A stretch of DNA of 64,000 nt. Source: a virus. A program made the translations under genes and the position numbers. The notes beneath the pieces were generated by a model that ran no database searches, had not been told where the DNA came from, and saw only the letters and a list, made by a program, of their open reading frames with translations. How positions within the stretch are numbered: position 1 is the stretch's first letter; every line of letters begins with the position of its first letter. Positions 1 through 9,245 of this stretch are shown piece after piece. The stretch covers positions 64,001 through 128,000 of the IMG/VR virus record IMGVR_UViG_3300027848_000009. One strand, written 5' to 3'.

Positions 1-140
1 TCGCTACCAAACTCAATTTTGCGGAAAGCACCAATAATTTGGTCGCGCGACAAAACCTTTTCGGCCTGCGATCGGGTCACGCCAAGCACTTTTTCCACTT
101 TCTCGTTCCAGTCAATTAACCACTTTGGTTCTGAACCCAT
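1..140 (-). CDS. Hypothetical protein, N-terminal part (runs off window)
   Basis: ATG at 140 (minus) after GAGGA; reads MGSEPKWLIDWNEKVEKVLG... open to position 1; not in ORF track. Confidence 0.7.
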   Translation of the reverse strand, partial: MGSEPKWLIDWNEKVEKVLGVTRSQAEKVLSRDQIIGAFRKIEFGS

Positions 141-147
141 AAAATCC

Positions 148-2646
148 TCAATTAATCCTCATGTCGGCGTCCGGGAAAAGCCACTTCTGTACCTTCGCTA
201 CCACCGCCAGCTCTTCGTCGTTCAGGCCGCGGGTGCTATCTCCCCACTTAATAAATATTTCGTTGCCAAGAGCGTTCGCTGCCCCAAGTTCAGCAAACAA
301 CTCCATGTCATGAAAGTCAAACAATATATCCGCGTCGCGGGCTATGTGCGCAGCCATATAGCTGGCCCATGGACCTTGTGATCCAAGTTTTGCGATCATT
401 CGAACGAGTTCCCGCTCCCGTTCTGTCAGGTCATCGAAACGTTTTGTCCCAGCAAAGAATTGTTCGAGCAATGCGCGTAGCGCTGCTAGGTCGCCTATGC
501 TCATCTTTCCCTGTAGATCACTTAGGATGATCGCCAGATCGTCGTACGCCGCTTTGGTAAGAGCTTCTCGAACGTTGATCGAACCGAGGCTGGAATCCAG
601 AAGTTGCCGAACCGTAATGGCACCATCTGTTCCGGGTACCCGAAGTGGCCTAACGGTGTCAACTTCTCCCCGCTGTTTGGCCATGTCGCCGAGTCGTATC
701 ATTGCTTCGACGATTGGCTTTACATCCTCAGCGGTAACAGCTGGCGTATCCTTGGTTTTGGGCAGGCCATGTTCGAGCATCAACGCCAAGTCGGGCACGG
801 GGATTGGGGTCCCGTCCGAGAGTTTTAGGATTGGTGCAACGACCCTGCCATTCCATGGCGTCTTACTCATGTAAGACATTGGGGTTGAAAATAACTCGCT
901 ATTTTGACCCACCAGTTTAGCGAAAAACATTTGGTGGATTTGATCCCACGCGATTGGATCGCCAGCCTTCCACGAGTGGCCAGTTGGGTTGGGGAAAACC
1001 CGACGACCCAGTGCGTTAAAAAAGTCTGCGATCCCCTGCGACGCTCCAATTTTCTGACCGCTCCCATCGGCTTTCGCGATCGGATTGTTCCAGAGGCCAT
1101 CGAGGCGGGGATTCTCGGAGTCCATCCCGGCCAACAAATGCTGCATAACGGCGTAATCCCCATACTTTCGCACCAATATTTGTTCTCTGAGCGCCCGTTT
1201 TACTTCCGTGTCCGACATCGATTTTTCGATATGTTCTTTTACTCTGTTGTGTACGTCTAGAACGGTTAGTCCTTCATCTCGATCGAAGCCCGCAGCAGAA
1301 AGAGCGTCATCCATCGACATTGTCATGTGGGCAACGTGCGTCATTTCATGACTGGTGATAGCGCGTTGAGCCATAGCCCGGGCCTCCTGCCATGCTTGCA
1401 CCGATTCAGCGTCGCCGAAGTCGCCGGGAGTGTCTTCCAGCATGGTGAAAAACATTTTGTTTACTTCCAACTGGAAATTGCCGAAATCATCCAAATTCCC
1501 GCGTTTGTCGTAACTCGTCTCCTCTTGATATTTTACCTTAAACATCATCGATGGTGTGTCATCGGGTCCGACCGGGACGAAGTCGAAGCCATTGGTGAAT
1601 TTCGCGAGCCTCTGCCTTCCCTTATACTCGATCGATCCATCGGCGGTATTGAATCCGGGCTGATTTAGACTATAAGCGGAAATGTCGAATCTCATGTCGT
1701 TGAGTCGCTGGTTCCAACTCAATGCCAACATGAAGCCCATCGCGTGCTCGTAATGCGCTGGAAGAAGCTCATTATTGGCTAACTTGTCAGCAAAATAGTC
1801 TGCTTTTGAAACTCCGCTAATAAAGTTTGGGTGCGCTTGGTTCATCGCTGAACGAAGGTCTCCGTACGTTTTGATTGGTTTTCCGCCATGGAACATGTCG
1901 AGAACGCGCTTCGTATCCTTCTCGTAAATGTTACTGTAATGCTCCTTTGATCGCTGCACCCAACGGTCACTCGGAGTACTAGGCAGATAATTCCGAATAG
2001 AGGCCATTCCGGTTACTTGCCGTGCCTCAATACGGTTTTGTGCCCGCCGAAACTTTTTTGCTCGCCTCACCTGACGAGAGGAAACGTCCGCAACCGCACC
2101 CGAAACGCGTCGAGCAAACTGTGTTCCCTCCTGCACGAAACCGTCACCGTCCGCATCTCCCGAATCGGGATCGAACGTTGCCCCACGAACGAAACCGCGA
2201 ACGGCGCCCGTCGCCCGATCACCAATGCGCCCTGCTCCGCGCCTAAGCGCCCGACCGAGGGCTTTCTCGTGATTGCCGCTGGACATCAGCGACTTCAACT
2301 CGCTCGCGCGCACTTCCTTTTCTTCGATGATCTCTTCTGCCGATTTCGAGTTTGTCTTGGGAAACTTTAAAATGGTTTCAGTTCCAGCCAGCATGCTGTC
2401 GGGGATTGGCTGCACTCGGCTTTCGATGATGTTCCGCCAACGATCATTAGGGGAATCGACACCAGACCACAGGAATTCGTGAAAATCTGACGTCAAGATG
2501 CGCTTTACCGGCTTGTGCGCGATGAAGGATAAAAAATTTACGTTATGGGTTTTCCGTTCCTTGTCGACGAGCACACCATCTGACTCTCCATCGATAACAA
2601 AATAAAGTGTTCCTACACTGGTTCTACCTACGGGGATCGCTTTCAT
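148..2646 (-). CDS. Large head-associated protein with zincin metallopeptidase domain
   Basis: 832 aa; HEMTH motif (1336-1350) with downstream ELFAE; DPDSGDADGDGFVQEG motif; in head operon. Confidence 0.65.
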   Translation of the reverse strand: MKAIPVGRTSVGTLYFVIDGESDGVLVDKERKTHNVNFLSFIAHKPVKRILTSDFHEFLWSGVDSPNDRWRNIIESRVQPIPDSMLAGTETILKFPKTNSKSAEEIIEEKEVRASELKSLMSSGNHEKALGRALRRGAGRIGDRATGAVRGFVRGATFDPDSGDADGDGFVQEGTQFARRVSGAVADVSSRQVRRAKKFRRAQNRIEARQVTGMASIRNYLPSTPSDRWVQRSKEHYSNIYEKDTKRVLDMFHGGKPIKTYGDLRSAMNQAHPNFISGVSKADYFADKLANNELLPAHYEHAMGFMLALSWNQRLNDMRFDISAYSLNQPGFNTADGSIEYKGRQRLAKFTNGFDFVPVGPDDTPSMMFKVKYQEETSYDKRGNLDDFGNFQLEVNKMFFTMLEDTPGDFGDAESVQAWQEARAMAQRAITSHEMTHVAHMTMSMDDALSAAGFDRDEGLTVLDVHNRVKEHIEKSMSDTEVKRALREQILVRKYGDYAVMQHLLAGMDSENPRLDGLWNNPIAKADGSGQKIGASQGIADFFNALGRRVFPNPTGHSWKAGDPIAWDQIHQMFFAKLVGQNSELFSTPMSYMSKTPWNGRVVAPILKLSDGTPIPVPDLALMLEHGLPKTKDTPAVTAEDVKPIVEAMIRLGDMAKQRGEVDTVRPLRVPGTDGAITVRQLLDSSLGSINVREALTKAAYDDLAIILSDLQGKMSIGDLAALRALLEQFFAGTKRFDDLTERERELVRMIAKLGSQGPWASYMAAHIARDADILFDFHDMELFAELGAANALGNEIFIKWGDSTRGLNDEELAVVAKVQKWLFPDADMRIN

Positions 2647-5600
2647 TCGCCAACCTCACGTAATGCCGCTTCGTACACTGGGCTATGACTATCTAAGGAT
2701 TTGGAACCACGCATGTTTCGCATCCCCTGTTGAACGATGGGTCGGAGGGTGGCTTGGCGTGCGGAAACTTCATCGTCCAAGCGAACAAGCAGTGCTTCCT
2801 CGACGTTACGGACACGACCGATTCGTGCGCCAGAATCCGTTGAGGAGGTGAGGTCTCTTCTACTGAAGAGATCGATGCCATCCGCGTTCGTGTACCTGAC
2901 GTTTACGCCCGCACGATCAAATCGAATCCGATCGGCATTTGCGGCGCGATGCTGGCGAAGCAGGTTTGCGCTTTTGATGTTTGGTAGGCGACCGTTTGAA
3001 AGCGACTCTAACAAGAAGTCGATTTCTGCATCGGACCATCCTGCTCTTTTTAGATTCTGTGCGGTTCCGCTCGCTTGGAAGTCGATATCTCCGCGACGCA
3101 ATTCGAGCCTCTTCCAGCCAAGGGAATCGATCGGAACATCAATCCGCTCGATGTCCGCAATGTCGAATCCGCCAGCGATTGCTGTTTCCATTGGAATGTC
3201 TGCCGAACCAAAACTTCTTGGAAGACGTGTCATCATCCCGTTTTGTTCGACTTCGGGCGGCATGTCACGCATCTGCACGCCACGAAAATCGCCGGTAAGT
3301 CCAGCGTGTAAAAGATTTCCCATCCGTAAGGCTGTATCGCCTTCGCCTCGTCTAGAAACTGCCAACTGGGAAGCGTAGCGACGAGGGTCGGTGTCGTTCA
3401 GGCGGGTCATCGCGGCGGGATCTCGGAGAATGTCGCCAAGAGCGTATGCCGACCTCATCGACACTTCCGGTCGGAGAACGATGTCTGACTCCCCATACGG
3501 GGAAAGAGGTCCATGTGGAGAGTCGCCACTGTGGTCGAAGAAGCCGGAGCGACGCAATGCGGGGAATCCGCCACGTCCGCTTCGCTCTAGGAGGTCGTCG
3601 ACAATATTATCGTGTACGGCATGGGTGGCGTGTCCAATGAGTGGTCGACTATCGGGTGGCGCACCCGTCGGCCAGCCATTGTTCCGTTCGAATTCGGCCA
3701 TCATCATTGAACGATCCGCCCGCGTTGGACTTCCTGTTTCAAGCAGGTCATTCAACTCGTCGGAAGAAACGCGGCTGCGAACCCGGCGGTCAACGCCCTC
3801 ATGCCATTGCTCTGCCGCCTCGGCAACCTTTTTGGTGACAGCGTCGCTTCCTGATCGCTCGATGAAATCGCGAGTTTCCGGCGTCATCGAAAATTCACGA
3901 CCATCTGCGGTGCGTAGGTTGTCGCTGAGGTCGCCGTCTGCAAGTCTGTCGGCGGTGAGGATCATGCTTGTCGCGGTGGAGCGGTCGAGCGTCTGGTCGC
4001 GGGCCGAAAAGTCTGGGTTGAACGGCTCGATGGAGTTGTCCGCAAAGCCTCGATCCATGTCATTGCGACGCTTGATCATTTTTGTTCGGACAGCAGAATC
4101 TTGGCTGAAGTGAGACCTGACGTGACGGGGTTGTTCAACCTGCCGACCACGAAGGACTCTTTCTAGGTCAGAGCGTTCACGCATTTCGGCGACGCTTCCC
4201 GGATTGCCCCATTCGGACATGTCTCCGAGTAGCCGACCAGCGAAGTCGGAGGATGATTCCTGACGCGAAGGAATCATGGTTTGGACTCCGTCGACGTCTT
4301 CGACGACGTCGAACGAGCCGGGGGGCAGGGTGAGTTTAGAATTTTCTCCGTCCTCATTTTCGCGCCACATTCCACGCGATCCCTTCGGCACAACTATTTT
4401 TGTGCGGTTTCCGGAATTCGCGTAGTCGATGTTGCTTTCCTCGCGGGAAGAAACTACTTGCAGTTCTACGAAACCTCTGGACCTCTTTGACCGCAGTCCA
4501 TCGAGTAGGAGTTGGAAACTCCGTCCGTCCTCCGCTTCGATGTAGGTGTCGATCGGGATCAGGTCGTCGCCGTCGTCAAATATGACGTATCCTTCAACAG
4601 TTTCAGATACTGGGTTCCGTTCCATCGCATCCAAAACAGGAAGAATGGTTTCGGCAATTTCTTTTGAAGGAGATGGATGTGGGCCAGTGTTGTCCACTTC
4701 CTGCCCGCGAACCTCTGCCGCTCGCTTAACCGCATCTTCGAGGTCGGTTCCACCATGAACGTAACTTTTGTTCCGTTCCTTTAGGTCTTTGGTCATTGCG
4801 GCTTGTTCGACATTGTTCATGGAGCGCATCGCTTCCATCGACTGCTCCGAACCGTGCCCTGCTGGATCCTCTGTCCACGATTTTGGCGCATCCGGGTAGC
4901 GTCCGGGAATGCTTTGTTCGGTTTGGATCATCGCCTGCCGATAGCGGTCATCGTCGTAAATTTCGTCGTCGTCGCCAGCATTCTTTTTGTAAGGCTTCTT
5001 CGACTTGCGGAAAATTTTTCCAGAATCGTTCCGTTCAAATTTGCTGGAACGTTCTTGCCTGATTTTATCGCTGGCGTTACGGCGTCGAGCATTCTCGTCG
5101 GCGATCTGCGCCATTCCCTTTGACGCCATCCACAGGCGTGCGGTGTCGTCGTCGTCTAATTGCTCTCCGGCGTCAATTCGTTCGAGCAGTTGATCGGCGT
5201 CAGTCTGTAAGACCTTAAATCTGCCATCTAGGCCGTCGGCGCCCAACTGACTGTAAGGGACGTCAGGCCATCCCCATGTTCTGGCAATTGATTTGCGTGG
5301 AATCTCTTGGTTGCCGCCTCTCTTGTCATCAGGTCGACCGCCGTGGCGGGCAATGAAGTAACGCTCCATGAGATCCCATGGTCCCTGAGTCGAAAGAATT
5401 TCTCCCGTTTCCTTATCAACCATCCATGTAATTTCACTTGGAATGATGCTCAGTTCCGTGTCGTCCGGAACGGGTGAGCCCGGAGGGCTGTTCGGTGGAT
5501 TCGTGGCAGGGATGTTGGGTGGGGTTGGCGGGGGTGTATTTCCCGGAGGTGCAGGCGACCATTTCGGAGGTCCGGATGGAGTTACGGGCGAGTTGATATC

Positions 5601-7685
5601 CGACTTCCCATTCATCCACTCGATTTGCTGATCAATCAGATCACTGTCGATGACGCCCATTTTCTGAAGAGCACGAAGTTCGGTCATGCCCTCCATGAGC
5701 ATGACTGCAAGGGTGATCCCTGATTCTTGTCTGAGCGGGCCCTCTCCGTTTTCTCCCCAGAATTCCTTGACTTTGTCTTGGTAGTATTTACCGGACAGGA
5801 TGTGAAGCATGCTTCCTTCGAAGGCATGGATGCCGACGGGAGGAAAACCCTCCGGCAGGTATTCCGCTGGAAGGAGACCCTGTATGACGCTGTTCAATGC
5901 CTCCCCCCACTGCTCGTTACTCCACTGATCAGGTGGATCCGTCAAAGCCACCACCCCATTTTTACCCACCGCATAGGTGACACCACGATTGTTCCAATCG
6001 TCAATGACCAGTTTCTGAACAGCGGCGTACTGCTGCAGATGGCCCATTTCGTGGTAACCAATATGTCGCGCCTGCGCTTGGAGCGATCCATGCCGCGCGG
6101 CAGAAAGGTCAGACGCGTACCTGTCCTTCCAACGCTCTAGATCGATCTCGCCCTGAAAGAATTCTTGAAGCGCCTGCCATTGCTGACCCTCGCTGCCGGT
6201 TCCATCCGTTGAGACGATCCTGATCTTTCCGTCGTCCAGATAGAAGGCTCCATCATCATCGATCATTGGTCGCAGAACTTGGACGAGCGGGTTGACCTCC
6301 ATGGTCATGCCGAAACCAGTAGTGTTTTGGTAACTAATTGGAGAGAGTTCCGCTTCGGTCAACCAGTAATTTTCGAGATTCCCATTTTCGCGACCGGCAT
6401 CGTATGGCCTGAAAGTTATTTTTTTGAGGAGGCGCACTGATTCAGGGTCGTCATGGAACTCGTGGAGGATGGACTCAAGAGTCCCTCTGAGTACATCGTG
6501 ATGTCGATCAACGAGGATCTCCACCATCTTTGCCGCGTCCGCTGGGTCAACTGACGGATCAACGTAGTCGAGGTAATCCTGACGAAGCCTCGCATCCAGA
6601 TTCTGGAGATTCTCCAAAAGAGTTTTGTTCGGGTCGTAGACGGAATCTCCAAAAATGCCGGAGAACAAGCCTTCGAATTCGACATCCCACATGCCGTTGT
6701 TCCTCAGACCCAAAATGGTGTCCCACAAGTCTGCGTTTAGGTCGGTATCACCAGTTGCAGACACCATCTTTCGCAACGTGTCCAGCGCTGCATCTTTTTC
6801 CGCAAGCCGTTGATCGAAAACGCTTTTTGGGGCAAGCATCTGCGAGGCCGCTTCCATTGCGCGCCTGTTGGAAGCAAAACGCGGATCATCCGCATCAGCT
6901 TCCAGCATCTCCATGTACCGCCCCATCGCTACATGGTTGTTGAACCAACTACCTACACGACCAAGCCGTCGGATGGCGGATACTGGGGCCACGAAACAGT
7001 TGGTCCCGAACTCGTCCGTGAACTGGTTTGCTGCCGGAGTTCCGGGAGGACAACGGAATTTTCCTAGTTCGTCGACGATGACACCAATTGCTCTCGCTGA
7101 GCGGGAACCGAGACTGCCGCCGGGGACAACTGAGCCGATGCTCCTACCGAGAGCTTTCGTTTCCACTCCGTCAGGAAGAGACTTGACGTTTACCGTTCGC
7201 TTCGAATCTTCGATCCTTGCGCCAGTTCTTGGGTCCGCTTCGTATTCGTTGACAATAATTTTCGGCGTCTTTTTTTTGAAGGCAAGCGCCTCCATCATCC
7301 CCAATCGCCGCTCGTCTGGTCGAAGTTCCTTGGGGGGAGAAACCCACCCGAAGTTTGGTTCATCGCCCTTGCGGAGCATATCCTTTGCGGTCACATGCAA
7401 TTTTAGAACATCGCCGGGTTGACGCGTCTTGTTCGGCGCAAACCTTACTTCTGGTATGGTCTCCTTGACACCGGAACCGGCGGTCCTCTTCTGGGACTCC
7501 TTGTCGTTCCCGCCGACGGCGTCGCCGATGAGCGCTTTGACGGACCACTCTGCATCAATCTCTGATCTGGTGCTGGAGATTGCAGCGTGAATACGGAACT
7601 GTTGGCCTAGCCACTCGTAATCACGACGGTGGGTGCCTAAAACTCGTTCCGAATGTATATATCTGGTGGCTCGGGTTAGGGCCAT
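2643..7685 (-). CDS. Giant multidomain (polyvalent-type) head-associated protein: zincin + degenerate ADP-ribosyltransferase-like + DUF3626-like regions
   Basis: 1680 aa; FRCPPGTPAANQFTD motif; HEMGH (6039-6053); Pro-rich linker; KIVVPKGSRG...LTLPPGSFDV; RPLIG...SPYGESDIVLRPEV..RSAYALGD...METAIAGGFDIADIE. Confidence 0.6.
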   Translation of the reverse strand: MALTRATRYIHSERVLGTHRRDYEWLGQQFRIHAAISSTRSEIDAEWSVKALIGDAVGGNDKESQKRTAGSGVKETIPEVRFAPNKTRQPGDVLKLHVTAKDMLRKGDEPNFGWVSPPKELRPDERRLGMMEALAFKKKTPKIIVNEYEADPRTGARIEDSKRTVNVKSLPDGVETKALGRSIGSVVPGGSLGSRSARAIGVIVDELGKFRCPPGTPAANQFTDEFGTNCFVAPVSAIRRLGRVGSWFNNHVAMGRYMEMLEADADDPRFASNRRAMEAASQMLAPKSVFDQRLAEKDAALDTLRKMVSATGDTDLNADLWDTILGLRNNGMWDVEFEGLFSGIFGDSVYDPNKTLLENLQNLDARLRQDYLDYVDPSVDPADAAKMVEILVDRHHDVLRGTLESILHEFHDDPESVRLLKKITFRPYDAGRENGNLENYWLTEAELSPISYQNTTGFGMTMEVNPLVQVLRPMIDDDGAFYLDDGKIRIVSTDGTGSEGQQWQALQEFFQGEIDLERWKDRYASDLSAARHGSLQAQARHIGYHEMGHLQQYAAVQKLVIDDWNNRGVTYAVGKNGVVALTDPPDQWSNEQWGEALNSVIQGLLPAEYLPEGFPPVGIHAFEGSMLHILSGKYYQDKVKEFWGENGEGPLRQESGITLAVMLMEGMTELRALQKMGVIDSDLIDQQIEWMNGKSDINSPVTPSGPPKWSPAPPGNTPPPTPPNIPATNPPNSPPGSPVPDDTELSIIPSEITWMVDKETGEILSTQGPWDLMERYFIARHGGRPDDKRGGNQEIPRKSIARTWGWPDVPYSQLGADGLDGRFKVLQTDADQLLERIDAGEQLDDDDTARLWMASKGMAQIADENARRRNASDKIRQERSSKFERNDSGKIFRKSKKPYKKNAGDDDEIYDDDRYRQAMIQTEQSIPGRYPDAPKSWTEDPAGHGSEQSMEAMRSMNNVEQAAMTKDLKERNKSYVHGGTDLEDAVKRAAEVRGQEVDNTGPHPSPSKEIAETILPVLDAMERNPVSETVEGYVIFDDGDDLIPIDTYIEAEDGRSFQLLLDGLRSKRSRGFVELQVVSSREESNIDYANSGNRTKIVVPKGSRGMWRENEDGENSKLTLPPGSFDVVEDVDGVQTMIPSRQESSSDFAGRLLGDMSEWGNPGSVAEMRERSDLERVLRGRQVEQPRHVRSHFSQDSAVRTKMIKRRNDMDRGFADNSIEPFNPDFSARDQTLDRSTATSMILTADRLADGDLSDNLRTADGREFSMTPETRDFIERSGSDAVTKKVAEAAEQWHEGVDRRVRSRVSSDELNDLLETGSPTRADRSMMMAEFERNNGWPTGAPPDSRPLIGHATHAVHDNIVDDLLERSGRGGFPALRRSGFFDHSGDSPHGPLSPYGESDIVLRPEVSMRSAYALGDILRDPAAMTRLNDTDPRRYASQLAVSRRGEGDTALRMGNLLHAGLTGDFRGVQMRDMPPEVEQNGMMTRLPRSFGSADIPMETAIAGGFDIADIERIDVPIDSLGWKRLELRRGDIDFQASGTAQNLKRAGWSDAEIDFLLESLSNGRLPNIKSANLLRQHRAANADRIRFDRAGVNVRYTNADGIDLFSRRDLTSSTDSGARIGRVRNVEEALLVRLDDEVSARQATLRPIVQQGMRNMRGSKSLDSHSPVYEAALREVGE

Positions 7686-7708
7686 TGGGACCCACTCTTT
7701 CCCGGCGC

Positions 7709-9061
7709 TCAGGCGAGACCGTCGACGTCGCCGTCCTCGTTGGTTAGCATTTCGAACTCCGCAATCGACTGCATGAACGCGGCATCAACGTCCGAAAGGA
7801 CATCTGCCTTCTTTGAGGCCGACCAGTTGGCGGGAAGCATGTCTTCCTTGCCCATTTCACGAGCGCGCTTCATGATGTGCTTCTTCGCCGTCTCCTTGTC
7901 GGCTGCGCGACCGTGGGCCATGATGGCGTTACGGAGATCGTCGACGTTGGAGATAGGGAACGAACCGTCAGACATGGCGAGGCCCTCTTTGGCCATCTCC
8001 TCACGCTGTTCCTCGTTGAAGGCGCGCTTGAGGGCGATCTCTGCGGCTTCCGCCTCGATTTCTTCTGCCTCGTCCGGCTCGTAAGCGTCGTATCCAAGAA
8101 CCTCGCCGTCGAGGGCGACGAACACGTCGTACGACTTTCCGTCAATTCCATCAATCTCGACTGCGTAGCAGTCAAAACCTTCGAAGGTGTCTGGTTCGAC
8201 CGCCATCACTGAACCATCGAGCCCGTCGAGGCTTTTCACTGCGATATCGCATGCCTCGGTGAAGCCGATAAGTTCCGTTTCCTCGTACAAAGACTTCTGC
8301 TCGAAAACTGAATCGTCGAGGCGATGGAAGGCGAGAACTTCGCCCGTAGTTCCTTCCATGTAGACCTCGATCGCTCGCCCATCCTTGACTTGAAGATCGA
8401 CGATGTAGACGTCGCTGCTCTGGGCGTAGCCGGAATCAATAACCGTTCCGTCGAACTCGGCCTCCGCTTTGCCTTCAATCTCGATGAGACCCGGCATCCC
8501 CTTCTCCGACATGCACCCGCCCGGGCAGTCGTCGCACATGCCGCTGCTTCCGGAGTAAACCTTGCGATCGATTGCGCAAAGGAATCCGGATTTACCGACG
8601 TTTGCTGTTTTCTTGCCCATCGTATTCAGGCGACGCTTGCGGGCATCACCCATCCAGCGCTTGGCGACGGGGGCGTCCTCTTCGTCTTCGTCGTCTTCGT
8701 CGTCTTCGTCGTCTACGGCGGTGTCGTCGTCGGTCTCGGGATCTGACTCGACGTCGGTGGCGTCTTCCTCGTCGGCCTCGGGATCAACGTCGGGGGCGTC
8801 CTCGTCTTCCTCTTCTTCGTCGTCAATTTCAGAGCCAACGGCGGCGAGTGCCTTTTCCACCAACTCGTCCTCGTCGTCGATTTCTTCCATTTCCTCATCG
8901 GAAACTGGAACCATCTTCATGGAAACGGGTATTGCTCCGCACTTTCCACAGACTTTCGCGCCCGCCGTGTATCCGCACTCATCTCCACTGAGACCTTTTG
9001 CGCACTTAAGAACACCACCGTCAGCGTCAATCTTGACAACTGCTTTCTCGTCGTAACTCAT
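7709..9061 (-). CDS. Cys-motif / acidic / tandem PepSY-like protein with C-terminal GSFPI domain
   Basis: Start at 9061 after AAGGAG; CGKC and C..CDDC..C clusters; D/E tract; two PepSY-like units (ACDIAVKSLDG..V..VEPD...YAVEIDGIDGKSYDVFVALDGEVL); C-terminal MSDGSFPISNVDDLRNAI..HI.KRA. Confidence 0.6.
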   Translation of the reverse strand: MSYDEKAVVKIDADGGVLKCAKGLSGDECGYTAGAKVCGKCGAIPVSMKMVPVSDEEMEEIDDEDELVEKALAAVGSEIDDEEEEDEDAPDVDPEADEEDATDVESDPETDDDTAVDDEDDEDDEDEEDAPVAKRWMGDARKRRLNTMGKKTANVGKSGFLCAIDRKVYSGSSGMCDDCPGGCMSEKGMPGLIEIEGKAEAEFDGTVIDSGYAQSSDVYIVDLQVKDGRAIEVYMEGTTGEVLAFHRLDDSVFEQKSLYEETELIGFTEACDIAVKSLDGLDGSVMAVEPDTFEGFDCYAVEIDGIDGKSYDVFVALDGEVLGYDAYEPDEAEEIEAEAAEIALKRAFNEEQREEMAKEGLAMSDGSFPISNVDDLRNAIMAHGRAADKETAKKHIMKRAREMGKEDMLPANWSASKKADVLSDVDAAFMQSIAEFEMLTNEDGDVDGLA

Positions 9062-9245
9062 CGTTGCTGGCTCCTTACAGTGCATGTTCTTGAGTAGACA
9101 ATCATTTTGAAAATACTACACCTTCACATGGCATCATAGCCTTAAGGCGTGGAGACCACGCAGAAGTATTTGGGGTAATTTTCACTAAGACCGTTTGTCA
9201 AATTGTACCCTAGATTGGTGTTGGTTGAGGGGAAAGCCCAAATAA

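Noticed and set aside
8562-9056. Poly-Ser and Arg-rich plus-strand ORFs
   Set aside because: Antisense shadows of the Asp/Glu tract in 7709-9061
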